A stretch of DNA of 42,896 nt. It comes from Thraustochytrium aureum (taxonomy: Eukaryota). The translations under genes and the position numbers were made by a program. Below the pieces are notes generated by a model, which was not told the DNA's origin, ran no database searches, and saw nothing but the letters and a program-made list of their open reading frames with translations. This document shows positions 33,877 to 42,896 of this stretch, in pieces. Location of the stretch: positions 53,792 to 96,687 of the forward strand of contig BLSG01000431.1 of assembly GCA_012862495.1 (NCBI GenBank). Direction: 5' to 3'. Numbering within the stretch: the first letter of the stretch is position 1; every line of letters starts with the position of its first letter.

Positions 33877-34074
33877 ATGGCTGATCTTGCTGTGGCGGCG
33901 TTGCTCGCGTTGTTTACGGCCGTCGGGCTCCTCGGCAACCTCGTGCTGGTGTGCGGGTCGGGCGGAGGCGGGGCGAGGGACAAGGCTGCGTCGTCGTCGA
34001 GCTCGGAGATCTCGGACGACCTCGTCAGCGACGCGTTCGACAACTACTACTACTGCAAGGAGGGCGAAAAGTAG
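33877..34074 (+). CDS. Putative 65-aa single-pass membrane microprotein
   Basis: ATG 33877 to TAG 34074. Hydrophobic stretch LAVAALLALFTAVGLLGNLVLVC followed by a Ser/acidic tail ending FDNYYYCKEGEK. Strongly GC3-biased codons like the neighbouring genes. Confidence 0.55.
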   Translation: MADLAVAALLALFTAVGLLGNLVLVCGSGGGGARDKAASSSSSEISDDLVSDAFDNYYYCKEGEK

Positions 34075-34326
34075 CCTNNNNNNNNNNNNNNNNNNNNNNN
34101 NNNNNNNNNNNNNNNNNNNNNNNNNNNNNNNNNNNNNNNNNNNNNNNNNNNNNNNNNNNNNNNNNNNNNNNNNNNNNNNNNNNNNNNNNNNNNNNNNNNN
34201 NNNNNNNNNNNNNNNNNNNNNNNNNNNNNNNNNNNNNNNNNNNNNNNNNNNNNNNNNNNNNNNNNNNNNNNNNNNNNNNNNNNNNNNNNNNNNGCAGGCC
34301 TCGCTGAGCACCGACAAGGGAGAAGG

Positions 34327-37152
34327 ATGGACGAGCCGCAGCAGACCGACCTGCGCGTGCTCGCGCGCTCGGTCGCGATGGACGAGGTGGTCCGGTACTT
34401 TAACGACCCAGCTCAGCTGGAAAACCTGGCCAAAGTGCGCGACGAGTACGAGCGCAAGCTGATCACCGTGGAGACGCAGCTGGAAGCCGGCGTGCAAGCC
34501 CAGCTCGACGAGATGCAAAACGCCGCCACGCTACTGAGCATGGCGCAAGAGGAGATGCGACGCGTGCGCGCCAACTTTGAAGCTGTCGACGAGCGCTGCG
34601 GCGCCTGCACAACGGCGATAGGCAACTTTGACCACATCATCAACGTGCGCAACGCGCGGGCCAACATCAGCGAGATCCTGCACCAGCTCGAGATTTACGA
34701 CGCAGTCCCCAAGCGCGTCGCCGAGCTCAACATCAAGTTGGCAGAGAGCCCGCGCAACCTCAAGCCTGTGTTTCTCGAGTGGCTGCACCTCAACACCTGG
34801 AGGTCGCGCATCCTCTCCGACGTCTCGAACGCGATGACCGAGGCTGGCCGCAAGGAGGCCGCCCTCAATGAGCGGCTCGCCAACTGGGAGGAACTCGACC
34901 CTGCAGCGGCGCAGTCTGGCGGGTGGGCGCAGAGCTCTGAAGCGCACAGCCAGATCTTGCTCGTGCTTGGGGACCACTTTAAGAAGGTCGAGGAGCTCGG
35001 CTCGAGGATCTGGGAAACCGTGTCGAAGCGCCTCGGCGAGTTTTTCGACCTCGCCCAGTTCGAAGAATCCTCGGTGCTCGTCACCGCTGTGGAGATTGTC
35101 GAGAGGATGGACCTGCACGACGACCGGGAGAGGGCCCGGCGCATCGCTCTGGGCGAGCCCAAGGAGAAAGTCGAAATGCTGCTGCCGCCCGGCGAGCACC
35201 GCCGGAACGCGATGCGCGTGCTCGAGGCCGCGGTGGACGCCCGCGTAGCCGATGTGCTCCCAGACACTTTGGAACCCGACAGCTTGATTGCCGCGCGGGC
35301 CGAAGCGGAGGAACGGCGAAGGACGAGCAAGGGCCTGCAGGCCCGGGCTGGAGGGGGGTTGGGCGGCAGCGGCGGCGGCGGCGGCGAGTCGACCGACGAG
35401 GACGAGGACAACTCGAGCGACTCTGACAGCTCGACGGCCCCGCAGCAGCAGGAGCCGAGCAAGATCCCGCCGTTCCTCAAGGCAGCCAACTACCTGATCG
35501 TCGACCTCGAGTCGGTGGGCGAGGACGTTGTGCGCTGCTTTCCCGAGTCGTACAACATCCTTGGCCTCTATCGTTGGGTGCTGGAAACGCCGGCTCCTGC
35601 ACCTGTTGCGCGAGGTGTGGCGCGGCTCGTTCGCAAGCCTCGGCGACAAGCTGCAGCTCATCGGGTGGCTAGACCATTACGTGCAGGTCATCGAGGACCT
35701 CAACACCAAGTACGGCGCCGGGCCCGCGGCAGGCGCCGCTGTGGCCGACCCAGCCGTCGAGGCCGCCGCGGGAGCCGCCGCGGGTCGCCCTGTGGCGCTC
35801 CAGCGCCTGGCCACATTCAGCAGACTGGACGCCTCTTTCGACGAGGACCACCGCGCCGCGGCCGCAGCGCGAGCGCGGGAGTTTCAACGCGAATGCGACA
35901 ACATGATGGATGCATACATCGACGACGCGCTTCCGCGCATGACGGGCTACGTCCAGGCCATCCTGAATGGAAACAACTCGCCAGAGGTCGGAGCAGAAGG
36001 CGAGCTGCGCACCGCGGCCCCCGAGCTCCTCTTTCACGCGCTGAGTCAAGAGCTCACGGTCGTCTCCTCCCACGGCGTGCAGGGCCGTCAGATGGTCGCA
36101 TTTGTGCAGCGCGCCATCCTCGAGACTCTGCGCACCTTCCAGGAGTCGCAGACGGAGCGAGTTCGCGACAGCGCTCAGGCGCTCTCGCTCGAGTGGTGCT
36201 GTGCGTTTTTGAACGACTACGAGCGAATGTACGACCTCTGCGACAACGCGCTGGTGTCCGAGTTCAAGCAGAGCGTTGGGACCGATGCGGTCGGCGCCGA
36301 GGCGCTCCAAGCCGAGCTCCAAGTCGCGCTGGATCGCGTCGCAGCGGGGTTCCTGAACGGGGTCGAAACCGGGACTCGCCGCATCGTGGACGACATTTTC
36401 GGCGACCTCGGCCGCAACGGCGTGCTGGACAGCCTCTTTTCAGACGCTTGGGTTTCGAGCACGACGCGCACAGCTGCCACCTTCAAAGCAACGTTTGAGG
36501 ACTACTTTGACGACCCGGAGAGCGGGCTGCGCGTCTGGTTGGGCTCGGAGCTCCTCTTTGGGCGGACTGTTGCGCTCGCGTTCACCGATCTCGTGCGGAC
36601 GTACGTGCTGCGCCTGTTGGGCAGAGTCGAGCCGCTGCGACGCAAGGGGGAGGCAGTGCAGCGCTTGCGCCACGACGCCGACGTCGTCGAGCAGTGCTTT
36701 AACGGTACCTCGACGTGTTGCGGTTTGGCAAGATTCGCACGCGCGAGGCCTTCCTCGGCAAGCTTGCCATCCTGCGTAGCATGGCGGACGTGCTCGAGGA
36801 CGACTATCCGCAAAACCATTTCGAGGAGGTTGCTGCCGAGTTTGGCCCCTTTGCACAGCAGGCCATCGAGCGCCTCCTGTTTCTTCGCGGCGACCTCTCA
36901 TGGGAGGAGCGCGAAGACTTCAAGCTGTACGACGTCTCGGAGTACGCGACTGCAGCCGCCGGGACGGCGAGGTTTGACCTGAGCAATCTGCCACCGATCC
37001 CGCAGGAGGCTTCGCAGCCTGGCGCTGGTGCTGGCGAGGATGACTCGGCGCAAGGCTCGGGCAAGCGCAAGGCGCGCAAAAAGCTGAAGAAGAAGGTCAA
37101 GGCGGCTCTGGCGGCCGTTAAAGCGAGCAAGAAGCGCAATCCAAAGGACTAG
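34327..37152 (+). CDS. SEC6: Exocyst complex component 3 (Sec6); 2 frameshifts
   Basis: The N-terminal coiled coil matches the Sec6 pattern (QLEAGVQAQLDEMQ...RANFEAVDERC...NFDHIINVRNARANI). Also DLESVGEDVVRCFPESYNILGLY, CAFLNDYER and ATFEDYFDD. Frame switches near 35586 and 36705. Confidence 0.88.
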
Positions 37153-37397
37153 CTCTAGCTAGCTAGAGAAGCCAGCCCAATCGAGGCTTGGTTCAAAAAA
37201 ATGTTTGTAGAAGTTGGTTGAGCGCAGTTGGCTGTGCGCGATCGTTGCGCATAGCTGGTTCTCCCGCTCGCGCTGACCAACGCAGCAATCCTCCCCCCCC
37301 CCCCCCTCCTCCTCCTCCCAAAAGCAGACGCAAGCCGCGGCAAGGAACGTTCGCAGCGGCTCGCGATACAGCAAGGTCGGCCACGAGCTACCCCTAC

Positions 37398-38060
37398 CTA
37401 GAGGTTGAACGGCAGCTCGTTGCCCGGCGTAAAGTCGCGGTCCACCCCGTTCTTGTCAATCACGCAGGTCCGGATCACGCCGCCCGATGAGCCGTCGCGC
37501 GCCATGGCGTGCGCAAGGGCCTTCTTGACAAAGGTGCGGCACTCCTCGCGGGTCATGTTGGGCTTGTAGTAGGCGTCGCAGAACCCGTAAATGTACGTCG
37601 ACCCGCTGCCGCCGATGGCGAACGGCTGCTTGATCATGGCTCCGCCAAGCGGGATCGAGTAGACGGTGCCGCCCTCGATCTCGTCGTACCCGGCGCAGAT
37701 GATCCCTGCCATCAAGCGGTCCTTGTACTCGTAGCAAAACCGCTGAAACAGGTTGGCGGCGGTCTTGACGCTCGGCAGCCTGCCCAGCTCGATCGCGTGC
37801 GAGGCAAGCTGCACACGCACGATATCCGCAATCGCCTGCGTATCCGCCGCGCTCCCGCTCCGGCAGCAGTACACCCTGTCATGCACGGGCGTCAGCTTAT
37901 CCGACACCCTGTTGGCAATATACGTCCCTGTCGACGTGCGACTGTCCGCGCCAACCACCACGCCGCCATCAAACTGCACCGCCATGATACTCGTCCCGAG
38001 GTCCACCTCGCCCGCTTTCAGGGACGGCGCGCCGCCGCCGAGCGACTCCAGGTCCACCAT
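37398..38060 (-). CDS. PSMB6: 20S proteasome subunit beta-1 (PSMB6/Pre3)
   Basis: Propeptide ending GEVDLG followed by the catalytic Thr ([23 protein letters not shown]), [23 protein letters not shown] and [10 protein letters not shown]. Intact 220-aa ORF. Confidence 0.97.
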   Translation of the reverse strand: MVDLESLGGGAPSLKAGEVDLGTSIMAVQFDGGVVVGADSRTSTGTYIANRVSDKLTPVHDRVYCCRSGSAADTQAIADIVRVQLASHAIELGRLPSVKTAANLFQRFCYEYKDRLMAGIICAGYDEIEGGTVYSIPLGGAMIKQPFAIGGSGSTYIYGFCDAYYKPNMTREECRTFVKKALAHAMARDGSSGGVIRTCVIDKNGVDRDFTPGNELPFNL

Positions 38061-38120
38061 CCTCCTTTCTCCCTATCCACAACGCCCGACCCCGCAACGC
38101 CAACCAAGCCCCCTCTCCTT

Positions 38121-38220
38121 CCACTGCCACTGCCACTGCCACTGCCACTGCTGCTGCTCGTCCTGCTGCTGCTGCTGCTCGTCCTGCGCGCGGCCGTTGC
38201 TGCTCTGCTGCTGCTGCTGC
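38121..38220. repeat. Compound (CCACTG)n/(CTG)n microsatellite upstream of PSMB6
   Basis: About 5 CCACTG units followed by interrupted CTG runs. Confidence 0.9.
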
Positions 38221-39663
38221 TCCTGCGCTTCTCACGTGTTCACACCGTCCGTTCCGCACACACCGCGTTCCGCACAAACGCACCCCCACGTCTTGCTACT
38301 GGAACAAAGGAGCAGCTCACCGGAGGCGCGCACAGCATGTGGAGCGAAGAGCTGTTCGTTTGCGCACCGAGTTCCGCAGAAGAAATAGGTACTAGTACGT
38401 GCGAGAAGAGGAAAAGCACGAGTTCACTTGCGTGCCAGAATTCATCTTGGCTGATTGGACGAGATGGTCATGATGGCGGTGCGCGACGACAAGGCCGGCG
38501 GGGGAGGATGACAAGAAGGCCGCGGTCGTACTCATCAGTAGTACCTGTGTGCTGCATCGGAGCAGCACAGAGTATTTAGCTCGAACTCGAAGATAGTGCA
38601 TGGGCGGCTTGTCCTTCTGCGGCGTTCCTGCGTCCGCGAAAGGAAAGGATGCTCGTCTCGACGTTGCGTGTCCCAGCTGCATAGCTAGCTAGCCACCTCT
38701 GGAGAGCGCTCCGTCCGCCTTCGATACTCTCCCGTCTGGTCATGACCCCGTACGCTTGCCAAGTGGTGTCAAGGCGGGATTTCTTTCAACTACTTTGGCT
38801 TGTGGGGAACGGCCCAAGGGCGGCAGACAGCGCTGTGCAAGTTGGCAGTGAAACAGGGGTCCTTCCTGCGTGGGAGCACAGTTGCAAGAGCCGCGCAAAG
38901 GGTCGAAGTATTCCCCTTGAATAAGCAACGGAATGTCGATACGCAGGCGGAAGAGGGCCACCGTGACGTCGAGGTTCCCACGTCGGCACCGCCCACTACT
39001 TTTAGCTCACCACTTCTCCGTTTGGCCCCTCTTGCCAGCCGCGCCACCTTTGGACGTGACCTGCCAAAGCTGGTGGCGTCTCGCCGGATCGATGCTAGAG
39101 TTGGCGCTCCTCATCGCTCATGGCCCACCTTTCACGCACAAAGCGCCGATGCGAGACACGATCGTTCACGCAGACTCAACAGTGACCAGAGGCGCCCAAA
39201 GCGCTACACGGCAGGCCCTCCGCGTTGGCGACAGCGGCACTTGAGCTCGCTCTGGCGCCCAAGCCAAGCACCGGTCCGAACTCGTTCCGCTTTGCCGCGA
39301 TCTAGTTGCGTCCCGTTCGACCGCTGCAGTCGGCGCCAGCGCATTCACCGCTCCAGCGGATGGCAAAATGCATGGCAAAGCGCGGGCCCACCAGCGCGAG
39401 AACCACGCCGAGGGCCTGGGACCCAGGCTCGCACGGCCGCGTAAGCAAAGGTCCCCTGGACTGCGCACACCTGAAGTGGAGGTAGTAGTGCACATCCTCC
39501 ACAGAGGACGCACGGAAATTGCACAGACTCGAACAGGACTCTGGCGCGCCCAAGTCGCCAGCCAGTGTGTCTTGTTGCTTGGCGCGCCCGCCGTAAAGTG
39601 CGACGAGCTGCTGCTGCTGCTGCTGCTGCTGCGGCTGCGCGGCCGCGAAAGTGGCGCGGCGGC

Positions 39664-41767
39664 ATGGCGAAGAAGAAGGCCGAGGAGAGCCGGCCAAGGC
39701 GGCGGCACAAACTGAAGCCACGACCTGCGGACAGCGACGGTGCGGCTGCTGGTGCTGCTCCAGGCCGCGCGGGGCTGGAGACCGGCGAGCTGGAGGCGAG
39801 CAGGGCTCGACTGCGCGCTGAGGACCTCGAGGATGAGCTGCGTGGACTGGCAGAGGGAGGCAACAGGTGGAGACGCGTCGCGGCCCTGCTGGACGACGAA
39901 CACGCTCGGCTCGCGCGGAGGGCACGCATTTTGGGCGACCTCACCGCCGCGGAAGACCACCTCGGCCGGCTTGTGGAGCTGCGCCAGCAGACCGTGCTGG
40001 ATCTCGAGTCGCACGCTGCGGCAGGACACGGGCGCGCCTACGAGCCAGCACACCGCGCAGCAGTCCTCGCGCTCGCGGAGGCGCTGCACGACCTGGGAAG
40101 CACAATTCGGGTGCAGCTCGTGCCCGAGAGCGGGCTCGTGTTCGGGCTCTCGCACGCCGGCCAGCAGCAGAGCGCCGCCAGCAAGCCGGCCGGGGGCACC
40201 GAGAGCAAGCTGGTCATCCTTCGAGGCGACCGCGCCCAGAAGCGCCTGCAGCGGCTCCTGCGCGGGCGTGTTTCAAAGGCAGAAGAGCACCTCGTTCGCG
40301 CGCTCGCGNNNNNNNNNNNNNNNNNNNNNNNNNNNNNNNNNNNNNNNNNNNNNNNNNNNNNNNNNNNNNNNNNNNNNNNNNNNNNNNNNNNNNNNNNNNN
40401 NNNNNNNNNNNNNNNNNNNNNNNNNNNNNNNNNNNNNNNNNNNNNNNNNNNNNNNNNNNNNNNNNNNNNNNNNNNNNNNNNNNNNNNNNNNNNNNNNNNN
40501 NNNNNNNNNNNNNNNNNNNNNNNNNNNNNNNNNNNNNNNNNNNGGGTCGAGCAAGGGCGAGGTCTGGGCCTACGACCCGGGCGAACAAGACTGGCGTCGC
40601 ATCGGGGGCGCCCAGGCGGTGGCGGCCTCGGCCGCGGCTCGGCGCGCGGCAAAGCCAAAGCGAACGGCCGCCTCGGAGTCCGCCGCACTCGTGCCGTTCA
40701 TCGTGGAGCCCGCGCTCGGCTCAGGGGCGGACCCGGCGATGGCGCGGCTCGGACACCAGCCACGCGGGCTCGCAAAGGCCCTTGGGTGCGCATTGCTGTT
40801 TCGCCAGCGCCAGATCCCGGTGGCAGCAGATTTTGCTAGGCTGAGCGCTGGCCGGTCGAGCCTCTCCAAGGCAGCTCCGTTCGTGCACGGACGAGCGGCG
40901 CAGTCCGAGGTCCCGGCGAGGCCGGCCCTCACGGACGGCGATTCTGCAAGCGCCGCGCCGGCGCGCAAGCCCGTCTTCCGGCTGGTTCTGCGCCAGAGTG
41001 GCAGTGCCGTCGAGGGCGCCAGCGGAGCGGGGCACGGTGGCGCGACGGGCCCCCCGCAAACGATCGCCCTCGACCCGAACGAATTCGAGGCGGTCGACCT
41101 GGGCCGAGCGCCGCCAAGCGGCAAAGGAAAGCGAGGCGCGCGGGGCTGGGTGAGCGTCGACTGCGCACCTTTCGTGGCAAGTAAGACGCACGCAACGCTC
41201 GCATTCGTGGCCCGCCACGGGGTGTGGCGGATCACGGACGCGAGCTCTCACAAGCAGGGAGGCCTCATCGTGAACGGGGTGAGGGTGCAGAGCACATTCC
41301 TGCGCGAGGGTGACCTGGTCGTGCTGGGCGGCGCAGGGTCGGCGCAGATTGGATCTGCCGACGACGCCTGGGCCGACCCAGACGGGGCCAAGTTCGCCTC
41401 GCCCGCAGTGTACCGCGTTGAGCGCCTCTGGGGGTACTCGGACGGCGCTGGTGGCGCGCGAGAAAGCGCGCAGGGTGTACCGCCTGGGGCGCTTGTCGAA
41501 AGTGCCGAACTGGGCTTTGTACACTTTCACGCGCTCGTCGTTGCCGAATTCCTGCTGCAGCGCTCGGCGATGGCGTCGGCTGTGCCAGATCTCGGCGAGC
41601 TCGGCGTGTCGCAGCGCGAGTCGCGCAGGCTTTATCGCGTTCTGCGAGCAGAGCGGGTGCCGTTCCAGTTTTGGGGCAGCTGGGTCCGCGCCCGGCTCAA
41701 GCGCGAGTACTTTCAGCAGTTTGTGCAGTTTCACCACTGGCGCGAGCTCAACTACTTTGGACTCTGA
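39664..41767 (+). CDS. FHA-domain-containing protein with basic N-terminus and coiled coil (gap 40309-40543)
   Basis: ATG 39664 (MAKKKAEESRPRRRHKLKPR). After the gap, an FHA signature: LGR...ASKTHATL...WRITDASS..GGLIVNGVRVQSTFLREGDLVVLG. Joining across the gap is inferred. Confidence 0.75.
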
Positions 41768-42046
41768 TGCGCCATGCGACCTGTTTGGGAACTGTGTAGA
41801 ATTTATGGAAGCGTCGGTTTGGACGGAAATCGCGCCGCGCGCCACTTGGAGCGGCGGGCAGCAAGCGAACGATGGCAACGCCCATGCGTCCATAGGTGTG
41901 CTGATTGATGATGGATTAATTTGCCGCTGTTAGTTTTATTTACCGTACCAATGCCCGCAGGCTCTCCCTGCAGCCGTGGTTGATCCAGCAAGCGACGAGC
42001 CGCGTCGCACGGGAGAACCGCCGCCCTTTAGCGATGGCGAGGCGAT

Positions 42047-42813
42047 CTACTCGCGGACCAGATCCACGAGCGCAGCGGGCCCGAGGTCGCGCCTCAGCAC
42101 GTGCTCGCGCACGGCATCGGTATTGAGCACGTCGCACAGGCTAGCAACAGCTCTTGCGTACCAGATCGCGTCACTGCCTTCGGCGGAGGCGCGGAAGACC
42201 TCTGCCTCCACGAGCCGCGCAACGGAAGCCCCGTTGTCACGCAAGGCTGCGGCGAGATTGTTGACAGCAGCTCGTCTCTCGGGGCACAGCGGGGGCTGGC
42301 CGCCATAGAACGCGCGTTCCGCCACCGTCTCCATAGCCAGGTCGCCCTCCTGGTCCATGGTGCGCTCGTCCGCGCCGTCGAGGAGGTCGAGCACCATCTG
42401 AAGCGCCCCGGCAGTCAGGTTGGAGGACTGGGAGAGCCCGTTCCCTAGCGGCTCAAGTGACGACGAGCCTGCGCTGGCCGTCGAGCAAGGCGACCACGGC
42501 ACTGGCAGCCGCGATTTGGTCGCAAAGAACGGCGGCGACCCAGGAATCGAGCCGGGAATCGAACCGGGTGCGGGGGCGCTCGCAGAGCCAGAAATAGTCG
42601 CCGCCCTCTTGGTGTGCCTCAAGAGCGCGCGCCTCTGGCGCTGGGTCTGCGGCTCGAGGCAGGCAAGGAAGGCGTCGTCCAGGGCGGCCTCCCGCCAAGC
42701 AGCTCCTCGCAAAACTTGAACCCCAGCCCTTCCGTGAGCGACGAGGCGCTGCTGAGCGCCCCGCACCCGCGTATCTGCCGCTCTCTCGCCACTGACGCCG
42801 TCATTGTCGCCAT
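42047..42813 (-). CDS. Hypothetical helical protein (probable frameshift ~42690; true start may lie outside the window)
   Basis: Open frame EAALDDAFLACLE...LVDLVRE*, with a plausible upstream part MATMTASVARE...FKFCEELLG in an adjacent frame. No family recognised. Confidence 0.55.
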
Positions 42814-42896
42814 CGCCCCGTCGCGTTCAGTACCGCCCGCTCCCCACGCTTTTCCAAGGCAGCGCGGTACTGGACTTGCGCGCACGCGAGCTGGCC

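Noticed and set aside
10265..37152. Pseudogene or programmed-frameshift calls for TRRAP, NCKX, the phosphoesterase and SEC6
   Set aside because: Motifs are intact, there is no accumulation of in-frame stops, and the shifts share no slippery motif. Assembly error is more parsimonious.
1..42896. Mobile elements, tRNA/rRNA genes or a prokaryote-style operon
   Set aside because: I saw no transposase, reverse transcriptase, integrase, terminal repeats or structured RNA signatures. Neighbouring genes are functionally unrelated and mostly alternate strands.

Overview
A GC-rich, gene-dense, almost intron-free eukaryotic scaffold with many N gaps and about 13 apparent single-base indels, mostly in homopolymer runs, that split genes across frames. 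Gene content and style suggest a protist, possibly a stramenopile such as a thraustochytrid (inference only). Genes in order: a large minus-strand multidomain protein (SAM-like, beta-sandwich, degenerate TIR-like, three Tudor-like repeats, EF-hands; runs off the window start); a short hypothetical ORF; a mitochondrial ABCB10/MDL1-type half transporter with one clear intron; a divergent MAPK15/ERK7-like kinase; a ~16.7 kb TRRAP/Tra1 gene; a 5'-nucleotidase; a K-dependent Na/Ca exchanger; a PptH-like metallophosphoesterase; a 65-aa membrane micro-ORF; exocyst SEC6; proteasome beta-1; an FHA-domain protein; and a hypothetical gene. The most interesting candidate is the SAM/TIR-like/Tudor/EF-hand protein. 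Also notable are a VP16-like acidic insert in TRRAP and a regularly spaced 16-bp motif array in a bidirectional promoter. All domain calls are by eye, not from database searches.
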